Source: Fusobacteriaceae bacterium
Lineage (GTDB): Bacteria; Fusobacteriota; Fusobacteriia; Fusobacteriales; Fusobacteriaceae
Assembly: GCA_051648365.1 (NCBI GenBank)
Contig: JBOFEZ010000139.1
Location: 759 to 64,758, forward strand
Direction of reading: 5' to 3'
Length of the DNA stretch: 64,000 nucleotides
Of this stretch, positions 18,926-28,603 are shown piece by piece. Every line of letters starts with the position of its first letter. Within the stretch, counting starts at the first letter, position 1. The notes under the pieces are model-generated. The model ran no database searches and had not been told where the DNA came from. It saw only the letters and a program-made list of their open reading frames with translations. Position numbers and translations under genes: made by a program.

Positions 18926-19810
18926 TTAACTTTCTCTTTCTCCTACATATTTCACAAGGTCGACAAATATTTGGGCAATATCTCCAGAAAAATTTTCTCG
19001 AATTATTTTTGTCGCCTCTTTGCATATAGATGCTAAAATTTTTTTTGCTTCAACCATCCCAAATATGGAAGGATATGTTGATTTTTCAAGGCAAACATCA
19101 CTTCCTATGGGTTTTCCAAGTTTTTCGAAACTTCCCTCTACATCTAAAATATCGTCCCTAATCTGAAATGCCAAGCCCAGAAGTTCTCCATATTTTTTTA
19201 AAAGTTCTGTTTCTTTTTCTCCCGCTTCTCCTATTATGCATCCCACTTCTATTGGCAGAGATATTAATTTCCCCGTTTTATTTTTATGGATATATTTAAG
19301 GGTTTCAAAGTCTATTATCTTTCCTTCACTTTCGATATCCACCATCTGTCCTCCCAACATTCCGTTTATTCCAGAATATTGAGCTATTTTTCCTATTATT
19401 TTTATGGTTTTATCAGAAGATATTTTCTGATTTTTTTCTGCTAATATGGCAAAAGCATGAGTCAATAATCCATCACCGATTAAAATAGCTGCTGCTTCTC
19501 CAAATTTTTTATGTGTCGTTAACTTTCCACGTCTATAATCATCGTTATCAATTGCAGGAAGGTCATCGTGTACTAAGCTGTATGAGTGTATCATCTCTAT
19601 CGCAGCACCACTTCCATACCCCAACTCTCTATTTTTACCTAAGAGTTCCAAAGTCATAAAAAGCAGTATAGGTCTTATTCTTTTTCCACCATTTAAAACG
19701 GAGTATCTCATTCCTTCTGCAATTATATAAGGATATTCCAACTCTGAAAGATACTCTTCAATCACATTATCAACATTTTCTCTAGATTCTTTCATGTATC
19801 TGCTCAACAT
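18926..19810 (-). CDS. ispA: farnesyl/geranyl diphosphate synthase (polyprenyl synthetase)
   Basis: 294 aa. First and second aspartate-rich motifs: LVHDDLPAIDNDDYRRG and FQIRDDILD. Confidence 0.9.
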   Translation of the reverse strand: MLSRYMKESRENVDNVIEEYLSELEYPYIIAEGMRYSVLNGGKRIRPILLFMTLELLGKNRELGYGSGAAIEMIHSYSLVHDDLPAIDNDDYRRGKLTTHKKFGEAAAILIGDGLLTHAFAILAEKNQKISSDKTIKIIGKIAQYSGINGMLGGQMVDIESEGKIIDFETLKYIHKNKTGKLISLPIEVGCIIGEAGEKETELLKKYGELLGLAFQIRDDILDVEGSFEKLGKPIGSDVCLEKSTYPSIFGMVEAKKILASICKEATKIIRENFSGDIAQIFVDLVKYVGERES

Positions 19811-19811
19811 T

Positions 19812-20030
19812 CTATTCTACCTCCACAAATTCTATTTCCTCATTTCTTTCACTTACTTTTATTATTTTCCCTTCTGCTGCTTTCAGTATTTCAGAAGATT
19901 TTTTTATAAGTTTCATAGCCTTTTCATACTCTTTTATACTTTCGTCCAAACCAAAGTCTCCACTTTCAAGATTTTCTATTATTTTATCTAAATTTTCAAG
20001 ATTACTCTCGAAATTATTTTTTTTCTCCAT
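19812..20030 (-). CDS. xseB: exodeoxyribonuclease VII small subunit
   Basis: 72 aa. FESNLENLDKIIENLESGDFGLDESIKEYEKAMKL is the typical XseB helical hairpin sequence. Its stop is adjacent to the ispA start. Confidence 0.85.
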   Translation of the reverse strand: MEKKNNFESNLENLDKIIENLESGDFGLDESIKEYEKAMKLIKKSSEILKAAEGKIIKVSERNEEIEFVEVE

Positions 20031-20129
20031 CTTTTTCTCCTTCTTATCTTTATCACATCCTATTTTACTGCATTTTGCTCAAAAAATAAAGTTTTTAAAA
20101 AATAATCCAAGAAAGTATGTAGAATTCAC

Positions 20130-20158
20130 TTGACGAAACAGGTAAAATCTGATACAAT
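20130..20158 (+). promoter_or_regulatory. sigma70-type promoter for rplM-rpsI
   Basis: TTGACG-17 nt-TACAAT, about 80 nt upstream of rplM. Confidence 0.6.
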
Positions 20159-20238
20159 ATTTAAGTAAAATTTAACCTTTCCCACAAAGGACCGTTGCGT
20201 TATATTGCAATAAAATATAACTATCTAGGAGGAAACGA

Positions 20239-20673
20239 ATGAAGAAATACACAGATATGCAAAGAAAAGAAGATGTAGTAAGAGATTGGTACCACTATGA
20301 TGCAGAAGGTAAAGTTTTAGGAAGACTTGCTGTTGAAATAGCTAAAAAATTAATGGGTAAAGAAAAAGTATCTTATACTCCACACATTGACGGAGGAGAC
20401 TTCGTAGTTATCACAAACATGGAGAAAATAGCTGTTACTGGTAAAAAGTTAACAGATAAAAAATACTATCATCACACTGGATTCCCAGGTGGAATCAAAG
20501 AGAGAACTCTTGGTGAAATCATGGATAAGAGACCTGAAGAAGTTCTTATGTTAGCTGTTAGAAGAATGCTTCCAAAGAACAAATTAGGAGCTCAACAATT
20601 AACTAGATTAAGAGTATTCGTAGGTGCTGAGCACACTCATATCGCTCAAAAACCAGCAAAAACTGAAATTTAA
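20239..20673 (+). CDS. rplM: 50S ribosomal protein L13
   Basis: 144 aa. RDWYHYDAEGKVLGRLA and GGDFVVITN motifs. SD aggagg. Confidence 0.95.
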   Translation: MKKYTDMQRKEDVVRDWYHYDAEGKVLGRLAVEIAKKLMGKEKVSYTPHIDGGDFVVITNMEKIAVTGKKLTDKKYYHHTGFPGGIKERTLGEIMDKRPEEVLMLAVRRMLPKNKLGAQQLTRLRVFVGAEHTHIAQKPAKTEI

Positions 20674-20689
20674 TTAGGAGGTATTTACA

Positions 20690-21088
20690 GTGGCAGAGAT
20701 GATTCAATATTTAGGAACAGGAAGAAGAAAAACTTCTGTAGCAAGAGTAAGACTAATCCCAGGTGGAAACGGAATTGAAATAAACGGAAAATCAATGAAA
20801 GAGTACTTCGGAGGAAGAGATATCCTTGGTAAAATCGTTGAGCAACCGCTAGCACTAACTGAAACTATGGATAAGTTTGGTATTAAAGTTAATGTTGTTG
20901 GAGGAGGAAACTCTGGACAAGCTGGAGCAATAAGACACGGTCTATCAAGAGCTCTAGTTATATCTGACGAGACTTTAAAGCCTGCTTTAAGAGAAGCTGG
21001 ATTCCTTACAAGAGACTCAAGAATGGTTGAGAGAAAGAAGTTCGGAAAGAGAAAAGCAAGAAGATCTCCTCAGTTCTCAAAAAGATAA
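20690..21088 (+). CDS. rpsI: 30S ribosomal protein S9
   Basis: 132 aa. [12 protein letters not shown] ... [19 protein letters not shown] start preceded by aggagg. Confidence 0.95.
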   Translation: MAEMIQYLGTGRRKTSVARVRLIPGGNGIEINGKSMKEYFGGRDILGKIVEQPLALTETMDKFGIKVNVVGGGNSGQAGAIRHGLSRALVISDETLKPALREAGFLTRDSRMVERKKFGKRKARRSPQFSKR

Positions 21089-21106
21089 TCATTACAGAAT
21101 ACAAAA

Positions 21107-21140
21107 CCCTACAAACAATTTGTTTGTGGGGTTTTTTCTT
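21107..21140 (+). terminator. rho-independent terminator after rpsI
   Basis: Stem ccctacaaac/gtttgtgggg with loop aatt, followed by ttttttctttt. Confidence 0.85.
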
Positions 21141-21297
21141 TTCATTTTTTAAAATTCCCCAATTTTAACTTCGATAATTTCACTCTTAAAAAATTCATTT
21201 GGTCTATTATTAAAACAAAATACTATTTTTCGGTGTTGACAAATCATATTTTAAGAGGTATACAATATTGAAGCTTTAAATTAAAAGGGAGGTTTTT

Positions 21298-22677
21298 ATG
21301 GAATTTGTTGTTAAATTAAATGAAATTCTTTGGGGGAATTTCATGTTAGCACTGCTTTTAGGAACAGGATTGTTTTTCACTCTAAGATTAAAATTTGTTC
21401 AAATCAGAAAATTTCCAGAAGGAGTGAGAAGGGTTACAGGAGGTTTATCTTTAAATGGAAAATCTGCTGATGAAAACGGAATGTCTTCTTTTCAAGCTTT
21501 ATCCACAGCTATCGCTGCTCAGGTAGGAACAGGAAATCTTGCAGGAGCTGCTACTGCTATTGCTGCAGGAGGTCCTGGAGCTATTTTTTGGATGTGGATC
21601 AGTGCATTTTTCGGTATGGCAACAGTCTATGCTGAAGCTGTTTTAGGACAAGTTTTTAAAAAGAAAATAGATGGTCAAATTACTGGAGGTCCAGCTTATT
21701 ACATTAAACATGGATTAGGAGACACAAAAATAGCTAAAGGTTTAGCCAGTTTTTTTGCGGTATCATGTATTTTAGCTCTTGGATTTATGGGGAATGCTGT
21801 TCAGGCCAACTCTATTTCGACTGCTTTTGCTAATGCTTTCGGCTTCTCTCCTATGATTGTTGGAATAGTTATCGCTGTTCTAGCTGGATTTGTTTTTTTT
21901 GGAGGAATTAAAAGAATAGCTTCTGTTACTGAGAAGATTGTTCCTCTAATGGCTGGATTATATATTTTAGCGTGTGTTATTATTCTTGCTTTTAATTTTG
22001 AGAGTGTTATACCTGCATTCAAAGCTATTTTTGTAGAAGCTTTCACTCCTAGAGCTGCTGTAGGAGGATTTGCTGGTATCTCAGTTAAAACTGCTATGAG
22101 ATACGGAGTTGCAAGAGGACTTTTTTCGAACGAAGCTGGAATGGGATCTACTCCTCATGCTCATGCAATTGCTAAAGTTAAGCATCCCGCTCAACAAGGA
22201 GCCGTTGCTATACTTACAGTATTTATAGACACTTTTATTGTTCTTAACTGTACAGCACTAGTTATAATCTCTTCTGGTCTTTATACTGGAGGAATGACAG
22301 GAATTTCTCTTACTCAAGGTGCTTTCCAAGGTGCTTTAGGGAGTTTCGGGCATGGGTTTATAGCTATTTGTCTTCTTTTCTTCGCTTTTTCAACTATAAT
22401 CGGTTGGTACTTTTTTGGAGAAGCCAATATTAGATTTCTTTTTGGAAATAAATTAATTACTCCCTATAGAATACTTGTTATGGGATTCATTATACTCGGT
22501 TCTTTTATGAAAGTTGGTTTAGTTTGGGAACTTTCAGATGTCTTTAATGCTCTTATGGTCTTTCCGAATCTGATAGCTCTTATCGCCCTTCAATCTATCG
22601 TAAAAAAGAATATGGATGAATATGAAGAAATTGAGAAAGATGAGATTTCTACTCTTCAGCAAGAAACAGTAAAATAA
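21298..22677 (+). CDS. alanine/glycine:cation symporter (AGCS) family transporter
   Basis: 459 aa, multi-pass. SSFQALSTAIAAQVGTGNLAGAATAIAAGGPGAIFWMW is the AGCS signature region. A likely TTGACA promoter lies at 21236. Confidence 0.9.
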   Translation: MEFVVKLNEILWGNFMLALLLGTGLFFTLRLKFVQIRKFPEGVRRVTGGLSLNGKSADENGMSSFQALSTAIAAQVGTGNLAGAATAIAAGGPGAIFWMWISAFFGMATVYAEAVLGQVFKKKIDGQITGGPAYYIKHGLGDTKIAKGLASFFAVSCILALGFMGNAVQANSISTAFANAFGFSPMIVGIVIAVLAGFVFFGGIKRIASVTEKIVPLMAGLYILACVIILAFNFESVIPAFKAIFVEAFTPRAAVGGFAGISVKTAMRYGVARGLFSNEAGMGSTPHAHAIAKVKHPAQQGAVAILTVFIDTFIVLNCTALVIISSGLYTGGMTGISLTQGAFQGALGSFGHGFIAICLLFFAFSTIIGWYFFGEANIRFLFGNKLITPYRILVMGFIILGSFMKVGLVWELSDVFNALMVFPNLIALIALQSIVKKNMDEYEEIEKDEISTLQQETVK

Positions 22678-22690
22678 TTATAGCAAAATC

Positions 22691-22729
22691 AAAAAAAAAC
22701 GGAAAAACTCAATTTTTCCGTTTTTTTTT
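22691..22729. terminator. bidirectional intrinsic terminator between convergent genes
   Basis: A9 - cggaaaaa/tttttccg (8 bp, 5-nt loop) - T9. Serves both the AGCS gene (+) and the EIIC-like gene (-). Confidence 0.85.
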
Positions 22730-23752
22730 CTATATTTTTATTTTCAAGTCTCCGGGTTTTATCCATCCTTTTTTTCTAAAAAATTCTCCAATGGCATAAG
22801 TTATTAAACCTGGTAAAAAAATATGTAGAAAAAAAATAACTATATAAAGTTTCATCCCTGTCAATTCACTCCCTTCCATGGCAGTTATTGTTCCAATTTG
22901 TCCCACCAATCCACTGGTTCCCATTCCTGCTGATATGGGAATATTTTTTAATTTAAATATCACCGTGGATAAAGGACCCAGTAAAGCTGATGTTACTATC
23001 GGAGGGATCCAAATCCTATAATTTTTAACGATATTAGACATCTGAAGCATAGATGTACCAAGTCCTTGAGCAAAAAAACCTCCTAGACCATTCTCTTTGT
23101 AGCTCATAACTGCAAATCCTATCATCTGAGCTGAACATCCTACTGTTGCTGCCCCTGCTGCAACTCCATCCAATCCTAACATGATTGAAACCGCTGCACT
23201 GCTTATAGGAAGAGTCAATATCACTCCCATAACTACAGAAATAAATATTCCCATGTAAAAAGGTTGTAATTCCGTAAAATAGATTATTAGGTCTCCTAAT
23301 TTTTTCATCCCATCCGCAATAATCGGTCCTACAATACCTCCTACAAGAATACCTGTAATCACTGTTATTGCTGGAGTCAGTATTATATCTATCTTCGTTT
23401 CCTTAGAAACTACCTTTCCAAACTCCGCTCCTACTACAGATGCGATTAAAGCCCCAGCAGGTCCTCCCGCTACATTTCCTGCTGCACCTGTTATAACAGA
23501 AGCAAAAAGGACTAATGGAGGAGCTTTAAGCCCGTATGCTACTGCTACTCCTATGGAAGCTCCTGTCATGTTTCTTGCCAGAGGCCACACAGTTTCAGTT
23601 AAAAATTTTATCTCTAATTTTTGACCTAAAGTATTTAAAATTGTCCCTATCAAAAGTGAAGAAAATAGTCCCAATGCCATATAACTCAAAGTATCAATAA
23701 AATAACGTTTTATAGAAAATTCAATATCTTTTCTTTTAAAAAAATTTCTCAT
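22730..23752 (-). CDS. PTS EIIC-like membrane protein (PTS_EIIC_2-type), no EIIA/EIIB partner nearby
   Basis: Polytopic, G/A/I-rich. N-terminal KRYFIDTLSYMALGLFSSLLIGTILNTLG resembles the stand-alone EIIC_2 family. Start set at ATG 23752 (SD ggggga). The track's 23794 start is a GTG without an SD. Confidence 0.55.
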   Translation of the reverse strand: MRNFFKRKDIEFSIKRYFIDTLSYMALGLFSSLLIGTILNTLGQKLEIKFLTETVWPLARNMTGASIGVAVAYGLKAPPLVLFASVITGAAGNVAGGPAGALIASVVGAEFGKVVSKETKIDIILTPAITVITGILVGGIVGPIIADGMKKLGDLIIYFTELQPFYMGIFISVVMGVILTLPISSAAVSIMLGLDGVAAGAATVGCSAQMIGFAVMSYKENGLGGFFAQGLGTSMLQMSNIVKNYRIWIPPIVTSALLGPLSTVIFKLKNIPISAGMGTSGLVGQIGTITAMEGSELTGMKLYIVIFFLHIFLPGLITYAIGEFFRKKGWIKPGDLKIKI

Positions 23753-23829
23753 CCGATATTTCCCCCAATTCAAAATAGTCCTCCTATTATACACTTTTTA
23801 AGTTCTACGTGCAACGATTCACATAAAAT

Positions 23830-23864
23830 TAAAAAAGCAATCTAATTTAAAATCAGATTGCTTT
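23830..23864 (-). terminator. intrinsic terminator after rsmD
   Basis: 9-bp stem aagcaatct/agattgctt. On the minus strand it is followed by uuuuaauuuu. Confidence 0.6.
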
Positions 23865-23880
23865 TAATATCTTCAATTTA

Positions 23881-24429
23881 TTATCTTGTAAAAAAAGTCA
23901 TAGCTTTTTTACCATATTTTCTATAGTCAGCTTTCTTAAATTCTCCAATTTCATCGGCCAATTCTTCAAAAATATGATGTTCACATATTATTAGTCCACC
24001 TTGAGCCAAAATTCCCGCTTTTTCTATAGCCTTCATAACTTTAGTGCAAAGCTCCTGCTTGTAAGGAGGATCCATAAATATTATATCAAATTTTTCATCT
24101 TTTCTTCCAAGTATCTCAACAGCTCTTATCACATCATTTTTATATGCTCTACATCTGTCTTCGTAGCCAAGAGAGTTTATATTCTCTATAACTATTTTAA
24201 GAGCTTCAGGATCCTGCTCTATCATTACAGCTCGCTTTGCTCCTCTGCTCAGTGCTTCTAAAGCTATATTTCCAGTTCCAGTAAAAAGATCTAGAAATAC
24301 AGAATCTGGAACATATGTTGAAATTATTGAAAATAATGATTCCTTTACACTTCCCAGTGTAGGCCTTGTATTCATTCCTTTTCTACTTTTTATCTTTTTA
24401 TTCTTAGCTTCTCCAGCTATTATTCTCAT
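23881..24429 (-). CDS. rsmD: 16S rRNA (guanine966-N2)-methyltransferase
   Basis: MRIIAGEAKNKKIKSRKGMNTRPTLGSVKESLFSII and DPPY motif. Start at ATG 24429 (SD ggaggg). The track's upstream ATG lies within that SD. Confidence 0.85.
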   Translation of the reverse strand: MRIIAGEAKNKKIKSRKGMNTRPTLGSVKESLFSIISTYVPDSVFLDLFTGTGNIALEALSRGAKRAVMIEQDPEALKIVIENINSLGYEDRCRAYKNDVIRAVEILGRKDEKFDIIFMDPPYKQELCTKVMKAIEKAGILAQGGLIICEHHIFEELADEIGEFKKADYRKYGKKAMTFFTR

Positions 24430-24447
24430 ATTTCCCTCCATCTTTCC

Positions 24448-25479
24448 TTAATAAATAAACATTGCGTCTCCAAAGCTAAAAAAATGATAGCTTTCTTTTA
24501 CAGCTTCTTCGTAGGCTCTTAACATATCCTTTCTATTATAGAGAGCTGAAACAAGCATTAGAAGAGTGGATTTAGGAAGATGAAAATTTGTTATCAGAGC
24601 ATCTACCACTTTAAATTTATATCCTGGATAAATGAATATCTGAGTTTCTGCTGTTCTTGCAACCAGCTTGCCCTCTTCATCCACAGATGATTCCAATGCT
24701 CTTGTTGTCGTAGTTCCTACCGAGATTATTCTACGTCCCTCTGTTTTTGCCCTGTTTATTTTCTCGACAGCTTCAGATGGTATTTCAAATATCTCAGAAT
24801 GCATTTTATGATCCAGGACATCTTCTGTCTGAACAGGTCTGAAAGTTCCTAGCCCTACTTCAAGAAATATATCCACAATTTCTATACCCTTATCCCTTAT
24901 TTTCTGAAGAAGTTCAGGTGTAAAATGAAGTCCTGCTGTAGGTGCTGCTACACTTTCTCCTTTTATTGCATAAACTGTCTGATATCTCTCTTTTTCTTTT
25001 AAAGTCTCAAGTATATATGGAGGTAAAGGCATCTTCCCGAGTTTATCTAAAACTTCTTCAAAAGCTCCGTCATAATGAAATTTAAGCACTCTGTTCCCAT
25101 CTTCTTTTATCTCCATGAGTTCTGCTATAAGTTCGTTATTTTCACCTATGATAAGCTTTTGACCTAATTTAAGTTTTTTTGCATGTTTTAGAAGACACTC
25201 CCAAGTATTTAAATCTACTCTTTTTATAAGAAGAATTTCCATAACTGCTCCACTTTCTTTTCTTCCAAAAAGTCTCGCAGGTATAACTTTAGTTGAATTT
25301 CTTACAAGAACATCTCCACTCTTTAGATAATCTATTATATTAAAAAAATTTTTATTCTCTATCTTTCCCGTTTCTTTATCTATCAACATCAACTTTGAAG
25401 AGTCTCTTGGTTCCCTTGGAGACTGACCTATAAGCTCATCCGGAAGATAAAAATCATAATCCTTTAATTTTGTCGACAT
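24448..25479 (-). CDS. queA: S-adenosylmethionine:tRNA ribosyltransferase-isomerase
   Basis: 343 aa. LKDYDFYLPDELIGQSPREPRDSSKLM and GDAMFI C-terminus typical of QueA. Confidence 0.95.
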   Translation of the reverse strand: MSTKLKDYDFYLPDELIGQSPREPRDSSKLMLIDKETGKIENKNFFNIIDYLKSGDVLVRNSTKVIPARLFGRKESGAVMEILLIKRVDLNTWECLLKHAKKLKLGQKLIIGENNELIAELMEIKEDGNRVLKFHYDGAFEEVLDKLGKMPLPPYILETLKEKERYQTVYAIKGESVAAPTAGLHFTPELLQKIRDKGIEIVDIFLEVGLGTFRPVQTEDVLDHKMHSEIFEIPSEAVEKINRAKTEGRRIISVGTTTTRALESSVDEEGKLVARTAETQIFIYPGYKFKVVDALITNFHLPKSTLLMLVSALYNRKDMLRAYEEAVKESYHFFSFGDAMFIY

Positions 25480-25481
25480 AT

Positions 25482-26579
25482 TTATTCACCAACTTTCTTA
25501 CTTATAACTACCCTTTCTATTCCAGAATAGTCTTTTATTATTCCAACTAATGAGAGTCCATTCTCTTCTGCAAATTGGGCAACTTTTTCAGCTTGATTAT
25601 ATCCTACCTCAAAAGCAAGATAGCCGCCTTTCTTTAGGAAAGGTTTTGCTTCCTTACTAATTTTATGATAGAAATAGTATCCATCTCCATTATCTGTAAG
25701 TGCCAATTTAGGTTCATGATTTTTAACTTCAACCATAAGTTCCTCATATTCTTCTAGAGGAATATATGGAGGATTTGATACTATTAAATCAAATTCTCCT
25801 TCCACAGCTGAGAATACATCAGATTTTTTGAATTCTATATTATTTACTCGATTTAATTCGCTGTTTAATTTTGCAATTTTTAGAGCTTCATCACTTATAT
25901 CTACAGCTGTTATATGGCTTTTAGATAACTCTTTAGCTAAAGTTATTCCTATTGCACCACTTCCTGTTCCTATATCTAAAATTTTAGGATTTTCTATATC
26001 TAGCATAAGAATTTTGCACTGCTCCACAAGAATTTCTGTGTCTTGACGTGGAATAAGTACATGCTCATTTATTTTGAATGGATGACCGTAAAATTCCCAT
26101 TCACCCAATATCTGTTGAAGAGGTTTTCTAAATTTTCCTCTTTGAATTATCATTCTTCTGATTTCATCTTTCTGCTCAATTGTAATCTCTTTGAAAAGAT
26201 TAAAGTTCAAAAAACTTCTATTACATTTCAATACATGAGAAAAAATATATTCAGCATCTAATTTGTACTCTATAACTCCTTTTTCTTTCAGATAATGTAT
26301 ACTTTTATCCAAAAGCTCTGAATTTATAGTTTTGTAGTCTGTTTTTTCATTTTTATCAAGTTCTTCGTATGTTTTTTTCATGGTTGACATCTCTTTTAGA
26401 TATTTTTTTATTTTATCTCTCTCCTCTGAAGAAAGTTCAGTTTCAAAATTTGTATAAAGTTCCATTCTATCACAGCTTAAAACATGAGCAATAATTTTTT
26501 CTGCCTCTAATCGAGGTTTGGAAAAGGAGTATTTTGACAAATACTCCTCCGAAAATTTTAATATATCAATAAGTTTCAT
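25482..26579 (-). CDS. prmC: release factor glutamine N5-methyltransferase with duplicated N-terminal helical domain
   Basis: 365 aa. SAM motif ILDIGTGSGAIG and catalytic NPPY. The N-terminal PrmC helical domain pattern occurs twice (aa 1-65 and 89-160). Confidence 0.85.
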   Translation of the reverse strand: MKLIDILKFSEEYLSKYSFSKPRLEAEKIIAHVLSCDRMELYTNFETELSSEERDKIKKYLKEMSTMKKTYEELDKNEKTDYKTINSELLDKSIHYLKEKGVIEYKLDAEYIFSHVLKCNRSFLNFNLFKEITIEQKDEIRRMIIQRGKFRKPLQQILGEWEFYGHPFKINEHVLIPRQDTEILVEQCKILMLDIENPKILDIGTGSGAIGITLAKELSKSHITAVDISDEALKIAKLNSELNRVNNIEFKKSDVFSAVEGEFDLIVSNPPYIPLEEYEELMVEVKNHEPKLALTDNGDGYYFYHKISKEAKPFLKKGGYLAFEVGYNQAEKVAQFAEENGLSLVGIIKDYSGIERVVISKKVGE

Positions 26580-26582
26580 AAA

Positions 26583-27659
26583 TTAATTTTCCGAGCTGCT
26601 TAACATCTCAGCTTGGTTAAATGTGATAAGAGCATTTATCATCTCATCTATATCTCCATCTAAGAAAGCTTCTAGCTGATGTATTGTATGTTTAATTCTG
26701 TGGTCTGTTATTCTTCCTTGAGGATAGTTGTATGTTCTTATTTTTTCAGATCTGTCTCCAGTTCCAACTTGTAATTTTCTGTCATTAGCAATCTGACTTC
26801 TTTGCTTTTCTGCTTCTAACTCATAAAGTTTTGCTGCCAGATGTTTCATAGCTTTCTCTCTATTTTTTATCTGTGACCTTTCGTCTTGACACTGAACTAC
26901 AACACCAGATGGAAGGTGTGTTATTCTAACTGCTGAGTCAGTTGTATTTACGTGCTGACCTCCTGCTCCTCCTGAACGGTAAACATCTACTTTAAGATCT
27001 TTCGGATTTATTACCACATTTTTATTAACTTCATCTACTTCTGGCATAACTGCAACAGTGGCTGTTGATGTATGAATCCTTCCCGCAGATTCAGTCTCTG
27101 GAACTCTCTGTACTCTGTGAACTCCAGATTCAAATTTTAATTTTGAATAGGCACCTTGTCCAGTAATCATGAATACAACTTCTTTCATTCCTCCTGCTCC
27201 AACTTCTTGACGCTCAAGAATTTCATATTTCCATTTCTTTCTCTCGGCGTATCTACAGTACATTCTAAAAAGATTTCCAGCAAAAAGAGCAGCTTCATCT
27301 CCTCCTGCTCCTCCTCTTACCTCTATGATAACGTTTTTATCATCATTTTCATCTTTAGGAAGAAGAAGTATTCTGAGTTCTTTTTCAAATTCAGGAAGAG
27401 TTTCCTCTAACTCTTTTATCTCCTCTTGAAGCATCTCTCTCATATCAGGGTCTTTTTCATTTTTTATACTTTCTTTAGAAAATTCAAAATCTTCTAAAGC
27501 TTTTTTATATTCATTATATTTTTCAACTATTTCAGAAATATTATTAAGGGCTTTATTATATTCCATCATTTTTTTAAGGTCAGCAAGTACTTCCGGCTGC
27601 CCTAGAAGGTTCAAAAGTTCTGCATGTCTTGCTACAACTTCATCTAATTTTTTAAACAC
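26583..27659 (-). CDS. prfA: peptide chain release factor 1
   Basis: [16 protein letters not shown] (GGQ) and the RF1 PxT region. Start placed at GTG 27659, 8 nt after aggag. The track's ATG 27707 has no SD and adds 16 non-conserved residues. Confidence 0.85.
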   Translation of the reverse strand: MFKKLDEVVARHAELLNLLGQPEVLADLKKMMEYNKALNNISEIVEKYNEYKKALEDFEFSKESIKNEKDPDMREMLQEEIKELEETLPEFEKELRILLLPKDENDDKNVIIEVRGGAGGDEAALFAGNLFRMYCRYAERKKWKYEILERQEVGAGGMKEVVFMITGQGAYSKLKFESGVHRVQRVPETESAGRIHTSTATVAVMPEVDEVNKNVVINPKDLKVDVYRSGGAGGQHVNTTDSAVRITHLPSGVVVQCQDERSQIKNREKAMKHLAAKLYELEAEKQRSQIANDRKLQVGTGDRSEKIRTYNYPQGRITDHRIKHTIHQLEAFLDGDIDEMINALITFNQAEMLSSSEN

Positions 27660-27721
27660 GTTATCATCTCCTAATTTTTCTCTACTATATCTTATTAAGT
27701 ATAACATAAAATATGTTAAAA

Positions 27722-27772
27722 ATCAAAAAAAATCGCTAACAATGAATTGTTTTTTCAAAGTTAGCAACCTCT
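27722..27772 (-). terminator. candidate terminator after the ECF module
   Basis: Minus strand reads gcuaac ... guuagc (6-bp stem, long loop) followed by gaUUUUUUUU. Confidence 0.4.
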
Positions 27773-27795
27773 TCTTTATTTTATAACTTATTATA

Positions 27796-28266
27796 CTAAG
27801 GATTGGTTGATGGAGTTTCTTCCCCACTTACCTCTCCCTCTATTTTAGCTTCAGTATCCTGCTCTTTTTTTAGCCTAGTAAGAGCTTTTTCTCTGGCTTG
27901 AATATATTGTTGACGTGTAATATATTTATACATCTGTATCTGACTTTTCACTTGATTTTTTAGCCTTGTTGCCTCGATTGCACCAAGTTTATCCATCACT
28001 TTTTCTAGTTCTTGAATATTTTTTTCAGCTCCATCTAAAAGAAGCCTATTAGCCTCTAATTCTAACTGTCTTTTATCCAAAGATATTTTTTTTACATTAA
28101 TACTCGTGTTTTCCATAAGTAATTTGGCATTTCTTAAGTTAATTTCACTTACTCCGACAGCTTTAAAATCTTCATCATAAACTATTCCAAAATCCCCTTC
28201 GCTCGAGTATATCATCATAGAAATAACAAACATCCAGGAAAATAACAAACATTTTTTCATACTCAC
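27796..28266 (-). CDS. secreted Spy/CpxP/ZraP-like (LTXXQ-type) periplasmic protein
   Basis: 156 aa. Signal peptide KKCLLFSWMFVISMMIYS. Helical K/E/Q-rich body with two LTXXQ-like motifs (SLDKRQLE, YITRQQYI). It is the last gene of the sigma/anti-sigma operon. The start may instead be ATG 28260. Confidence 0.5.
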   Translation of the reverse strand: MSMKKCLLFSWMFVISMMIYSSEGDFGIVYDEDFKAVGVSEINLRNAKLLMENTSINVKKISLDKRQLELEANRLLLDGAEKNIQELEKVMDKLGAIEATRLKNQVKSQIQMYKYITRQQYIQAREKALTRLKKEQDTEAKIEGEVSGEETPSTNP

Positions 28267-28274
28267 TTTCTCTC

Positions 28275-28601
28275 CTAACTCTGAAAATCAAATCCGAATA
28301 CATGCTCTGTATCAATATTGATTTTCTGATTATCTTCAAATATCTTAGCATTAAAAAAATCTTCCAATTCAATTTTTTCAGTCTTTTTACTTTCAACAGG
28401 ACTATTTTTTAAAATCACTATATGTTTTCCTGTGAATTGGGAAACCACTTCATTTTTTAAAAAATTATAATATGAAGAAGTCCCTAACACTCCTACAAAA
28501 AACAATGAAAGAGAAACTTTCCTATATCTTTTATTTTTATTTTGTTCTTCCTCAAGTAAATTTTTATATATATTAGCCTTCACTCTATCTCTAGGTGACA
28601 T
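28275..28601 (-). CDS. putative membrane-anchored anti-sigma factor
   Basis: 108 aa. Short cytoplasmic N-terminus, a single TM segment (VSLSLFFVGVLGTSSYY) and a small extracytoplasmic tail. Starts 3 nt after the ECF sigma stop. Assigned by position only. Confidence 0.4.
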   Translation of the reverse strand: MSPRDRVKANIYKNLLEEEQNKNKRYRKVSLSLFFVGVLGTSSYYNFLKNEVVSQFTGKHIVILKNSPVESKKTEKIELEDFFNAKIFEDNQKINIDTEHVFGFDFQS

Positions 28602-28603
28602 AA

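Noticed and set aside
20159-20238. Possible structured ribosomal-protein leader upstream of rplM.
   Set aside because: Only a 4-bp uugc/gcaa pairing could be found. This is insufficient to call an autoregulatory leader.
21141-21297. Possible glycine riboswitch upstream of the alanine/glycine:cation symporter.
   Set aside because: The TTGACA promoter sits only about 55 nt from the start codon. The region is AT-rich and lacks the conserved GGAGAG...CACCG-type glycine aptamer cores.
28175-28396. 73-aa minus-strand ORF overlapping the anti-sigma 3' end and the Spy-like gene 5' end.
   Set aside because: It is out of frame with both better-supported genes, has no SD, and its sequence shows no features.
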